DNA of 64,000 nucleotides from assembly GCA_963693055.1 (NCBI GenBank), contig OY843751.1, positions 1,056,001 to 1,120,000 on the forward strand. Direction: 5' to 3'. Source of the DNA: a bacterium (GTDB taxonomy: Bacteria > Zhuqueibacterota > Zhuqueibacteria > Residuimicrobiales > Krinioviventaceae). The notes beneath the pieces are model-generated. The model saw only the letters and a list, made by a program, of their open reading frames with translations, did no database searches and was not told where the DNA came from. The position numbers were made by a program, and so were the translations under genes. Shown in pieces: positions 37,245 to 48,100 of the stretch. Position 1 is the stretch's first letter. Each line of letters begins with the position of its first letter.

Positions 37245-38030
37245 ATGTTTAAAATTTTTCAGGTAGATTCGTTTACAAATAAAGCATTTCAAGGGAATCC
37301 TGCGGGGGTTTGTTTGCTGGATAAACCTATGGATACCGATTGGATGCAAAACGTAGCAATGGAAATGAACTTGTCAGAAACTGCATTTCTGTTAAAGGAT
37401 ACCGACAGTTACCGGTTACGTTGGTTTACTCCTGCAATTGAGGTGGATTTGTGCGGCCATGCCACATTAGCAAGTGCGCATATATTGTTTCAGGAAGAAT
37501 TGGTTTTTCCTGACAGTGTGATTAATTTTCAAACCCGAAGTGGGTTGCTAAAAGTCGCTCAGCAAGATGGTTGGCTGGAGATGGACTTTCCTGTTGATCC
37601 GGAAAGGCCGGTTGAGGTCGCACCCATATTGCAACAGGGGATTGGAGGTCCATTACCTCAATATACCGGCAAGAGTAAACGGTTTTATCTGTTTAGATTC
37701 AAGAGTGAAAAAGATGTTTTTGATTTAAAACCCGATTTTAATATGCTTGCAGATATTCCTGACAGTGAAGTGATTGTTACGGCTGTTTCTGATAATCCTG
37801 AATTTGATTTTGTGTCGCGATTTTTTGCACCCGGTATTGGAATAAATGAAGATCCGGTTACGGGTTCTGCACATTGCACATTGGGGCCCTATTGGCAAAA
37901 AGAATTGGGTAAATCACAGTTGACTGCGTTTCAGGCATCTAAAAGAGGTGGTTTACTAAAGCTGGATGTAGGAACGAAAAGAATTAAAATTAAAGGTCAG
38001 GCAATAACTGTTATTCGGGGTACAATTTGA
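37245..38030 (+). CDS. PhzF family epimerase/isomerase
   Basis: GNPAGV, NLSETAF, EVDLCGHATLA, EDPVTGSAH. Confidence 0.95.
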   Translation: MFKIFQVDSFTNKAFQGNPAGVCLLDKPMDTDWMQNVAMEMNLSETAFLLKDTDSYRLRWFTPAIEVDLCGHATLASAHILFQEELVFPDSVINFQTRSGLLKVAQQDGWLEMDFPVDPERPVEVAPILQQGIGGPLPQYTGKSKRFYLFRFKSEKDVFDLKPDFNMLADIPDSEVIVTAVSDNPEFDFVSRFFAPGIGINEDPVTGSAHCTLGPYWQKELGKSQLTAFQASKRGGLLKLDVGTKRIKIKGQAITVIRGTI

Positions 38031-38102
38031 TTTTTAAGCAAAGACTGTGTTTGGGGGGATTATATTATTTCTAGAGCAAGTTGTTTACACGCTTGAATGG
38101 TA

Positions 38103-41100
38103 TCAACTTTCAATCTGTGCTTTGAATGCGGAATCCAGCACATCTCTTATTGCTTTTGCTATGTTTGACATGGTTAGAGGTTTTAAAATAAATTCCCTTA
38201 TTCCAATCTGTTTTGCTTTTTCTTGTGTTACAGATTCACTATAACCTGTACACATGATGATGGGGATGTCTGGTCTGATATTGAGTAGTTTTTTGGATAA
38301 TTCTGTACCTGTTAAATGCGGCATCGTATGGTCTGTAATTACCAGATTGAACTCGTCCGGATTTTGTTGAAACAATTCTAGTGCTTTTTCACTTTCTGTA
38401 AATGTTGTTACTACATATCCCAAACTTTCAAGGATTTGTTGATATAAAAGAACAATTTCTACCTCATCATCTACAAACAGGATATGTTCATTTCCTTTGG
38501 GTATTTTATCTGAAATTTTATTGTTAAATTTTTCAGCTTTTTCTGTATGCTGAGGAAAATAGATTTCAAAAGTAGTACCTACCTGAGGTGTACTTTTTAC
38601 CTGAATATCTCCACCATGACTCAGTACAATACCGTGTACAGCAGATAACCCTAGCCCTGTACCTTCACCCACTTTTTTGGTAGTAAAAAATGGTTCAAAA
38701 ATACGTGTAATGATGGTTCCATCCATGCCTTTACCCGTATCAGAGACCCTTAAAGACACGTACGGGCGGTTGGCTTGTAAATGGCTAAATTTGGCTGCTT
38801 CATCCTTGTCGAATACTTTATTTGATAAATGTATGCCCAGTGTTCCGCCATTTTCACGCATTGCATGAAAGGCATTTGTACACAGGTTCATAATGACCTG
38901 ATGAATTTGAGTAGGATCAGCCAACAAATAACCTGTATCTTTTTCAATTTTTACATCAATTTCAATAGTGCTTGGTAATGATGATCTCAAGAGGCGTAAT
39001 GCTTCATTGACCAGATTTTTGATGCTTACAGTTTCAAGACCTTTTTGTTCCTGTCTACTAAATGTTAATATTTGTTGAACAAGATCTTTGGCCCGTTTAG
39101 ATGCCTTTAATATTTTTTCAAGGTTTGATTTTAATATATCATTGCTTGTAACAAGATCAATAGACATTTCCGCATACCCGATGATGGGTACAAGAATATT
39201 GTTAAAATCATGTGCAATGCCGCCAGCCAAAGTACCAATTGTTTCCATTTTTTGGGCATGTCTTAACTGGGCTTCCATAATTTTTCGTTTTTCTTCTGCT
39301 GTAACCAGATCTGTAATATCCAGAACCGCTCCAATGGACCCGCTGAATTCTCCTTCATCATTATACATGGGAGATGAGGACGTACGGAAATATTTTTTTT
39401 CTCCGGAAGGATGTAGATAATTGAGTTCATAGGTTGTGTTGAGACCTTTTTTCTTTTTCTTTGTTTCTTCCATAATGATTTTATGTGTGCTTGGAGGAAA
39501 TATCTCTAATAGACTTTTGGTCATCAACTCATCTACCGGGTGCCCCAGTAATTCTGCAAATGCATTGTTAAGATACAAGAAATTTTCATGTTCATCGACA
39601 ATGCCAATACCTTCCTGAACGCCATTTAATACATTATCAAGAAATATTTTTTGTTCACGTAATTCATGTTCTATACGTTTTCTTTCTTTAATTTCTGATT
39701 CAAGGTTGTTATTAAATGACATTAATTCTGCATTTCTTTCCTTGATAGAACGGGTTTGTAATATATACATCCCCATAATTATGGATACAACAAGTGTTGA
39801 AAACAGAATTCTGAACCACATGGTCATCCAGAATGGGGGGGACATGATAACCCAAATGCTGCTGCCTTTTTCGTTCCATATTCCATCATTGTTGGATGCT
39901 TTGACATGGAATGTATAGTGGCCGGGATTTAAATTGGTATAAGTGGCAAATCTTCTGTTTCCGGAATAGATCCAATCCTCATCTACTCCTGCCATTTTAT
40001 AGGCATATTGGTTTTTATCAGATGCAAAATAATTCAAAGCCGCAAATTCAAAAGAAATGATCTTGTCATGATAAGATAGTTGGATCGTGTCTGCTGAAGT
40101 TATAGTGTGATCCAGTACTTTTTTATTATTTCTAATTTCTTTATGATTGATAGATTCATTAAGAATTTGAAAATCTGTAAACACTACCGGGGGTATAAAA
40201 TCATTTTTTTTGATTTTGGAAGGCGAGAACCAAATCAAACCACCAATTGAACCAAAATACATATCCCCATTTTCATTTTTAAAATGAGCGCCGGTGTTGA
40301 ATTCGTCATTAATTAATCCTTCTGTGTGGGTATAATGTACCATATCGTAAGTAATTGGATTTAATTTGATTAATCCTTTGTTTGTGCTGATCCATAGATT
40401 GTTTAATTCATCCTGTTCAATTCCATGGATAGCTTCTGTTCCGGTTTGATTGTTTTCAAGAATAGTAATAAATGAATCATTATCCGAATTGTATTTTAAT
40501 AGCCCGCCACCCCAGGTACAAATCCATATATTGTTGGAATTGTCTTTAAACAGGGATAATATATACTCGTTTTGTAAACTGTTTTTATTATTAGGATCAT
40601 GCTTGTAATTTCGAAATGTATCATTTTTATAATTATACCTGCTGATACCTCCACCCAAAGTACCTATCCAGAGCTCTCCACTGTCGGCTTCTATTATGGC
40701 TCCTACACGATCATAAACCAAACTATTGGGATTTTGAGGATTGTGATAAAAATGAGTGAATTTTTGGGTCTTTCTGTTGAATTTGTTTAATCCCTTTTCT
40801 GTACCTATCCAAAAATTATGGTTTAAATCTTCATAGATTGAATACACGCGGTCATGTGATATGCTGTTTGGATTTGAATCCTTGTGCCGAAATGAACTAA
40901 ACGTTTCATTTTTAGGATTATATTTATTTAAACCACCGGCACCTGTTCCTATCCAAATTTGACCTTGTTTATCTTCAAACACCTTCATAACCTGATTGTC
41001 GCTAATGGAGCCAGGTTTTTCAGGGTCATATTGGTAGTGTACAGCCTGTCTGTTTATAGGTTCAATTTTATTCAAACCACCGGCGTCTGTACCGACCCAC

Positions 41101-42281
41101 AATGTTCCATTTTTTTGTTGATGAATGCTCCACACAACATTGTCACTCAAAGAGTTTGATGACCAGGGAGAAAATGACATGCTGTTAAAATAGTTTCGGT
41201 TAGCATCTAGTTTTACTACACCTGTTCCTGTAGTGCCTAACCACAAAATGCCTGAATCATCAAGATAAAAGCTGGAAATTCTATTATTGGGCAGAGATGT
41301 ATATCTGTAATCATTGATAAAATATTGTTCCGCTTGCATCGTTTGGGGATTAATTAAATATATATCTCCAGGTTCATTAATGACCCATAAAATCCCTTCT
41401 TGAGAAGCCGCAATACCCACAATGCTGTTGCTCAGGTTTTTATGTTTTTCTACAGTGGGTAATTGAAAATGTTTAGCTTTGCCATTAATGTTATCAATTA
41501 ATATCAAACCCTCATTGGTGCCTACCCACAGGTTGTGATTAGAGTCCAGGAAATAGGATTTTATTATGAATTGTTCTAATGAAGCATTTTTTCCAACCAT
41601 AATTTGGGCTTGTTGAAATTGATTCAAGTCAGAATTGTAAATATAAATTCCGTGATTTTCAACACTTGTCCATATTTCACCAGTCTCTTCTACTAGAATA
41701 CTTTCTATTGTAATATTTTTTTCCGGAATATTTAAAAAGCTTATTGATTCATATTTTTTAAAATGTGTGTTGAATCGATAGATTCCTTTATTGTTTGTTC
41801 CAACTATTAAATCACCATTGGGTGTTTCTTTAATACAAGTGATTTTAAATCCCTGGTTGGGTTTTACCGAAGAGTCGGGAGGGGGTAGATAATGTTCAAA
41901 CGCATCCATTTTAGGGAAATAACGGTTTAAACCATTTTCTGTACCAATCCACAATGTTCCGTCCTGGCTTTTAAGTAATATATTGATAGCTTGATGACTA
42001 AGAGAGTTTTTAGGATCTTTTTTGTCGGGACGGTAGATCTTGAAATTGTAACCATCATACCGGTTTAATCCATCTCGGGTTGCAAACCAAATAAATCCCA
42101 AATCATCCTGAACAATACTATAAATATCACTTTGTGATAATCCATCATTAATGGAAAGAATTTGTATAGATGATGCTGTTACATTGTTAATATTTAATGA
42201 TAATAATATCAATAAAGTAATAAACAATTTATGCAGGTTTTGAGTAGTAAAATAAACAGATTTTTGAAAATTTGTCCACAT
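38103..42281 (-). CDS. Hybrid sensor kinase: periplasmic beta-propellers, Y_Y_Y, TM, PAS, HisKA, HATPase, REC
   Basis: Repeated LWIGT..GLN units, YTNLNPGHYTF, AGGIAHDFNN, FEPFFTTK..GEGTGLGL, ITDHTMP. Confidence 0.95.
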   Translation of the reverse strand: MWTNFQKSVYFTTQNLHKLFITLLILLSLNINNVTASSIQILSINDGLSQSDIYSIVQDDLGFIWFATRDGLNRYDGYNFKIYRPDKKDPKNSLSHQAINILLKSQDGTLWIGTENGLNRYFPKMDAFEHYLPPPDSSVKPNQGFKITCIKETPNGDLIVGTNNKGIYRFNTHFKKYESISFLNIPEKNITIESILVEETGEIWTSVENHGIYIYNSDLNQFQQAQIMVGKNASLEQFIIKSYFLDSNHNLWVGTNEGLILIDNINGKAKHFQLPTVEKHKNLSNSIVGIAASQEGILWVINEPGDIYLINPQTMQAEQYFINDYRYTSLPNNRISSFYLDDSGILWLGTTGTGVVKLDANRNYFNSMSFSPWSSNSLSDNVVWSIHQQKNGTLWVGTDAGGLNKIEPINRQAVHYQYDPEKPGSISDNQVMKVFEDKQGQIWIGTGAGGLNKYNPKNETFSSFRHKDSNPNSISHDRVYSIYEDLNHNFWIGTEKGLNKFNRKTQKFTHFYHNPQNPNSLVYDRVGAIIEADSGELWIGTLGGGISRYNYKNDTFRNYKHDPNNKNSLQNEYILSLFKDNSNNIWICTWGGGLLKYNSDNDSFITILENNQTGTEAIHGIEQDELNNLWISTNKGLIKLNPITYDMVHYTHTEGLINDEFNTGAHFKNENGDMYFGSIGGLIWFSPSKIKKNDFIPPVVFTDFQILNESINHKEIRNNKKVLDHTITSADTIQLSYHDKIISFEFAALNYFASDKNQYAYKMAGVDEDWIYSGNRRFATYTNLNPGHYTFHVKASNNDGIWNEKGSSIWVIMSPPFWMTMWFRILFSTLVVSIIMGMYILQTRSIKERNAELMSFNNNLESEIKERKRIEHELREQKIFLDNVLNGVQEGIGIVDEHENFLYLNNAFAELLGHPVDELMTKSLLEIFPPSTHKIIMEETKKKKKGLNTTYELNYLHPSGEKKYFRTSSSPMYNDEGEFSGSIGAVLDITDLVTAEEKRKIMEAQLRHAQKMETIGTLAGGIAHDFNNILVPIIGYAEMSIDLVTSNDILKSNLEKILKASKRAKDLVQQILTFSRQEQKGLETVSIKNLVNEALRLLRSSLPSTIEIDVKIEKDTGYLLADPTQIHQVIMNLCTNAFHAMRENGGTLGIHLSNKVFDKDEAAKFSHLQANRPYVSLRVSDTGKGMDGTIITRIFEPFFTTKKVGEGTGLGLSAVHGIVLSHGGDIQVKSTPQVGTTFEIYFPQHTEKAEKFNNKISDKIPKGNEHILFVDDEVEIVLLYQQILESLGYVVTTFTESEKALELFQQNPDEFNLVITDHTMPHLTGTELSKKLLNIRPDIPIIMCTGYSESVTQEKAKQIGIREFILKPLTMSNIAKAIRDVLDSAFKAQIES

Positions 42282-42489
42282 ATTTGGTTTTCTTGAGATT
42301 GGATTTCAAGTTTTATTTTTCACAAACAGTTGTTTTTTATTTAAATATGTGTTCTGTTTGTGTTGTAAATATTTTTTCAGTTTTTAATTAGCAATTATTA
42401 TTCCATGAATTTACAAGTTTAATCTTGATATTTTGAGAATTGTTTGATACTTTTTTTTATAATTGGAACTATTTAAGAGTAGAGGTAAA

Positions 42490-43317
42490 GTGAAAAAAAT
42501 TGGATTAGCTTTAGGTGGTGGTGGTGCCAGAGGATTAGCACACATACCTATACTTGAAGCTCTGGATGAAATGAAAGTTAAACCTGTTGTAATATCCGGT
42601 ACAAGTATAGGAGCAATACTGGGTAGTTTTTATGCTTCCGGTTACAGTGGCAGAGAGATCCGTGATTTGACATTGAAAATTGGATTACGTGACATTAATA
42701 AAATGCTGGATCTCAATTTCTTTGGAGATGCGCTTTTTAAAGGCAAGGGAGTAGAAAACTTTTTTGCCAAATATTTAAAGCCCACAACTTTTGAAGAATT
42801 AAAAATACCCATGTATATTGTTGCTACCGACTTTTGGAACCGTTCAGAAGTTGTAATGAATAAAGGCTCGTTGGTTCCGGCAATCCGGGCGAGTATGTCT
42901 GTGCCGGGTGTTTTTGATCCTGTTTCACACGACAATAGTATTCTTGTAGATGGAGGTGCGGTAAATCCTTTGCCATATGATATAATACGTGAAAAGTGTG
43001 ACATATTAATTGCGATTGATGTCTCTGGCCGCCCATCTGAAAAGCACAAAAATAAACCTCCATCTATGATTGAAAGTATTTTGGGCACGTTTCAGATAAT
43101 GCAGGATTCTATTTTGGAAAATAAACGCAGAATTTCTGACATTGATCTATATGTAAAACCGGATATTGTAGATATTGGTATTTTAGAGTTTCATAAATAC
43201 AAACAAGTATTTCAAAGCGGTGATAATGAAGTTGAAAATTTCAAAGATAGGTTGCAAGATCTTTTAAAGGGTACGGTGCAAAGCTTTTTTGAACGTCTGA
43301 GAAACAGTATAGATTAA
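42490..43317 (+). CDS. Patatin-like phospholipase (RssA/NTE family)
   Basis: GGGGARG, GTSIG and DGG motifs; GTG 42490 after GAGGT. Confidence 0.92.
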   Translation: MKKIGLALGGGGARGLAHIPILEALDEMKVKPVVISGTSIGAILGSFYASGYSGREIRDLTLKIGLRDINKMLDLNFFGDALFKGKGVENFFAKYLKPTTFEELKIPMYIVATDFWNRSEVVMNKGSLVPAIRASMSVPGVFDPVSHDNSILVDGGAVNPLPYDIIREKCDILIAIDVSGRPSEKHKNKPPSMIESILGTFQIMQDSILENKRRISDIDLYVKPDIVDIGILEFHKYKQVFQSGDNEVENFKDRLQDLLKGTVQSFFERLRNSID

Positions 43318-43325
43318 TTGATGAA

Positions 43326-43765
43326 AAATGCCGGCAGAAGCAAATTTTCGATTAATATTGTTTATGGACGAGCTTGAAGATATACCAGACTATTAGCGAA
43401 AAAATAAGGATCAATGATCCAAAGATCACTACATGCAGTGTTGCACCATACCCACCGGCATTCATACGCAAACCCATTTCAGTAATATCAGGCTTTTTTG
43501 CAATGGTTTCCGTAAGGTATTGTAAGCCTATAAAATGCCCTAAAATGCCTGTTACCAGGCTCATAACTCCCCAAAAAAGGATAGCGTCCACCCCCCGCAA
43601 TGGGTGACCGGTATTGTTTTTCTTGTGTTGATATAACCCAATAATCTGTTTTACAGTGAGGCCTATTATGATCAATAGAAATACAGCAAGGAAATACATA
43701 AATCCGCCCCCATCATTCAAATAATTTAACATATTTACCTCCTTAATAATGCTCTGCCGGCATTT
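43326..43765 (-). repeat. Inverted repeat enclosing the 43352-43732 gene (arms 43326-43342 and 43750-43765)
   Basis: AAATGCCGGCAGAAGCA vs TGCTCTGCCGGCATTT: 16 bp with one bulge. Confidence 0.85.
43352..43732 (-). CDS. Small 3-TM MotA/TolQ/ExbB-like membrane protein
   Basis: N-terminal DGGGFM, G.LG..IG helix; SD AAGGAGG. Confidence 0.65.
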   Translation of the reverse strand: MLNYLNDGGGFMYFLAVFLLIIIGLTVKQIIGLYQHKKNNTGHPLRGVDAILFWGVMSLVTGILGHFIGLQYLTETIAKKPDITEMGLRMNAGGYGATLHVVIFGSLILIFSLIVWYIFKLVHKQY

Positions 43766-44504
43766 ACTCTATGAATAATGTATCAAATTCGTATTGCCTG
43801 ATTTTGTTTGTTTTTTGCAGCAAACAGAACCAGGCAGAACCACCAATCAATATACATGCTATTCCATAAACCAATAGCGGTGTTGTCTTTTGAAACAGTA
43901 AAATTAGTTTCTCATACCAAAGATTTGGATGTTCTGCGATTTTTAAAAGTGTGAAATACCACTCTAAATAATAAGCGCTTAATCCGGTCAAAAAGATGAG
44001 AACCGGGAAAAACAAAATCGATACAAGACCTTGAGATAATTTTTTGACCTGATGGTCTCGCTTCAAGTATAATTGTGATCCTTTAAAAAGGGTAAGCAGA
44101 ATCAATGGAACCGTGAGGGTGAATTGGATCTAGATTGCAGAGCTGGATGAGGAAAGGGTTGACATATTGAATAGCTTGTAAACAGTTAAAGAAATAAAAC
44201 ATAATAAAGATAATATAACTAGTCTTTCAAATATTGATAGACTATGCTTTGAAAATCTTTGCGCCAGTCTTGAATAAAATCCTTGATGAAGTGATATCAA
44301 CTCTTGTAATGCCTGATCTGATGGAAACCAATCCTCACGAATGGTTGTTATGGCATTTTCCTGAGAAACACCGTTTGAAATTAATTGATCATAATATGCT
44401 TCCATATCAGCAGCAATCTCCAGAATAATGCGAGATTGCTCAGGCTGCGGTAGATTAATTTTATTGTTCAATTCCATATATAGTGGGGACAATGCTTTGA
44501 TCAA
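43764..44504 (-). pseudogene. PadR-associated membrane protein interrupted by an in-frame TAG (44130-44132)
   Basis: ORFs 44130-44504 and 43764-44105 are in one frame: SSAI*IQFTLTVPLILL. Confidence 0.75.
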
Positions 44505-44846
44505 TTATGCCTCCTTGAAAAATGATTGAAAAGAATTGATAAATTCATTCCATCCTTTTAATTGTGTTTCAATATGGGTTTTACCTTTGGTTGTGATTGC
44601 ATAATATTTTCGTTTACGTTTAGGACCTTCCTGCTGCCAGCTGCCTTTTATCAAGCCTTCTTTTTCCATCTTGTGTAAAATAGGATAGAGAGTGCCATGA
44701 TTAAAATGAAAATATGTTTTACTTTTTTCTTCAATCTCTAACGCAAGTTGATAACCATGCATTTTTTCTTTCAATAATGTTTGCAAGAGTAAAAGTTCAT
44801 TACAGCTTTTAGTCAGGTTTTGTATTTCAAAACGATTGTTTGACAA
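44505..44846 (-). CDS. PadR family transcriptional regulator
   Basis: MHGYQL, GTLYPILHKME..GLI, RKYYAIT.KG; likely TTG start 44846 after AAAGGA; TTGACA-N17-TATATT upstream at 44918-44890. Confidence 0.93.
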   Translation of the reverse strand: MSNNRFEIQNLTKSCNELLLLQTLLKEKMHGYQLALEIEEKSKTYFHFNHGTLYPILHKMEKEGLIKGSWQQEGPKRKRKYYAITTKGKTHIETQLKGWNEFINSFQSFFKEA

Positions 44847-45191
44847 TGTATAGATCCTTTTTGTATAGATGTTCGATATATATAGGTTCAATATATATAT
44901 AAGGAGAATACATGTCAAGAGATTTTTTCTATGGCAAAGAGTACACATTTTTAATAATTTGTCCCTTGCATACCACATGTAAATCGTAAAAATTTTTGGG
45001 CTATATAATTATTTTTACTTTTTTTGTTTTTTATAATTTGACGTACATTTTGGTTATTGTATTGTATTTTATAGGCTTAGGTTGGTTTTGTTGAGGTTCC
45101 GGGTCTGGCATTCTATGCCACAGATGGATTTTATTCATTTTTTATCTAAAAGAGGTAAGGTATTTGCTTAATAGCCTGTAATGATTAGTAT

Positions 45192-48100
45192 ATGAGTACC
45201 ATTATTACGGGTTTTTGGATGAAAGTATATATTTATATTTTTTTTATGTTCATTTCTGTCACTGGATTATTTGCAAGAACCGTCTCGTTAGACAGTTATA
45301 ATACATCTGTTAGTACATTTGAGATATTAGAATTTACAATATCAGTTTCAGATCCTGTAACCGGAAATCCTTTTACTGAAGCGCAGGTATCAGCAGAAAT
45401 TCAAGCCCCAAACAAAATAATTTCCATTAATGGCTTTTGTGATGCGCAGGATGGTTCAGTTTTTCGCGTTAGATTTACGCCCATGCGAACAGGTAATCAT
45501 TCATTTACTATTACTTTTACTGACACCGCAGGTACAGAAACTTTTTCAGGCAGTTTTGATGCATATGATGGGGGAAACAATGGCTTTATTAAAGTTGATT
45601 CTCAAAATCCTACACGCTTTGCCTTTAGTAATGGCGGGCACCCTTATATAATTTCAAAAACAGCTTGGCTAATTGCAGGAATTCCCAAGACCAATTATAG
45701 ACAATTTATTGACAAGATGGTACCACGTGGTGAAAACTGTTTTCGATTTGGTTTGGAATTTGATTATTCTAATGATGATCCTTATGTGGATGTCTGGCCC
45801 TATGAGCAACCGCGAGAGGCACAGAATTTTACAGAATTTGATATAGATTACTGGCAAAACTTGGATGAGCTTTTAACCTATGCCGCGGAACGAAATATTT
45901 ATGCTGAACCGGTGCTCTTTACTTTGATGAAATTTAGTGATATGGCCGATTCAGATGTAATGTTTTATATTGACTATCTAATTGCACGTACTGCCAGTTA
46001 TCCCTCTGTCATTATGTATCAATTAGCAAATGAACGCATTAGCAGATATGATTTTCAAACCGTAATGGCTGATCGCATTCACAATAATGATCCATATGGA
46101 CACCTTGTGAGCACATCGCATGGTACAACGATGGATGCTGCATGGCCGGATGCTCCCTGGATGGACGTTGCAATCAACCATGCCTGCTATGATGATGAAC
46201 AATTGAGTGAACGCTATTACGCAATTGCAAATACAATTTCAGGTTACAATATGCCGGGTTGGTGCGATGAAACCGGTCGTGAAGATCGTCATGGAAACGA
46301 TGACGGGGTACATCGCCGCAAACAATATTGGACCTGGAACATGGGTGGTTCTTATTTTAACTATCACTCTTGGGAAGGTTGTGAGGGGATTATGGATATC
46401 TCTTATAACGGACCGGGGAGTCAATATTTGCAATACATGCGTTCGTTCTGGACTTCCACAGATTTTTGGAAACTGCGTCCCAATAACAATATTATTAAAA
46501 ATAATCCTGATGTACAATACGAATGGGCCGTTGCCTCTGACGATGAGGTGGTCGTGTATCTGGTGAATGAGGCAACGGGCCAATCTTCTTCTGAAGGAAC
46601 CATTGATATAGCTTTACCTGCCGGTTATACCTATGTGGCAGATTTTTATAATCCTTCCAATGGTGAAGGATTTACCCAGTATCGAAAATCCAGATTGGCC
46701 GGAGGTACAACCGTATCAATTGCTTATCCCTCTTTTACGAATGATTTGGTTCTTCATTGTTTTGTTAGTGACGATACACAGGCCCCTCAGCAATCTTCTG
46801 TTTCAATCTCTAATGTGTCTCAGAACCAGGCAACGATTAGTTGGAGTACCAATGAAAATACAGAAGCCAGAGTGGAATATGGATTAACAACGAATTATGG
46901 GCGTAAAACCTTTTGGGATATAGAGTTGAAAACATCTCATTCATTTACATTGAATAATTTAATGCCGGGTACTGAATATCACTGTCGTGTCATGTCTAGG
47001 GATATGACGGGTAATTCTTCTGTCAGCTCTGATTACACTTTTACTACACAGGGTTCAAGCGCACAGCCTGGAATATCTTCTTTCTCGCCAACCACGGGAA
47101 ATATGACAACCGAAGTAACAATTCAGGGTTCTCATTTAATGGGATCATACGCTAACCCCATGCGTATGATGCTGCTGGGACAGTCTGAAGTTAGGGGCGT
47201 CTCAGGTTCTACAGACAGCAGCGGATTTCGAAATGATCTCGTCAATCTTTTGTACAATAAAGGCATTGGTTTTCATTTTGCGGGTTCTCTGGCAGACGGT
47301 ACCGCGTTTGATGCCCTTCACGAAGGGCATGATACTAATGGCGTTGAAACGCTGGCCCAGAATGTGGGTAGCTATATATCGCAATGGTCACCGGATTACA
47401 TATTGATTTATGCGGGTGCTCTGGATCTTGATAACGGACAAACTCCGGATGCAGTGATTGCTGAACTGGAAATGTTGTTGGATGCAATATATGCCAGTGA
47501 TTCAAATATAATCATGCTGTTGGGAAATTTACTGCCCCATACAGATGCTTCGATTTCAGATGTACAGCAATTGAATGGATTTATTGAAACACTGATAGCC
47601 ACCAAAAAAGCATCCAATTACCGTGTATTTATGGCTGATTTTTATCAGGCTTTTACGGACAATGCAAATTGGGCATCTGAATTGATGCATGACAAGCGTC
47701 ATCCCAATGATACTGGTTATGGAGTAATGGCCCTTGCCTGGCAGAGTGCATTGCAGAATGCCTGGACAGCGTATACTGATATTGATATTTTTTTTGCAGG
47801 TACTGCTGTTACAGAATATTCCATCAAATCCGAACAAAAAGTATTAGCCAAGGTACCTGCCGGGGCTGCAAATGGTAAAATTGCTATTTCAACACCCTAT
47901 GGTTCGGTTGAAAGTAGTGCTAATTTTATAACTTCACAGGTTGAAGGTAACTTTACAGCGGATGTAACATCCGGATATGCTCCATTGATTGTACGTTTTA
48001 CCAATATGACTGAAGGTGAAATGAATAGTTTTGACTGGAATTTTGGAGATGGCAGCAAGCACTCTACGGAACAGAATCCTGGTCATGTCTTTACCAAAGC

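Noticed and set aside
44130-44132. Genome-wide TAG reassignment
   Set aside because: TAG ends several clearly complete genes in this window.
44847-44978. N-terminal extension of PadR in the 157-aa ORF
   Set aside because: It overlaps the promoter; the SD-supported TTG at 44846 gives a typical 113-aa PadR.
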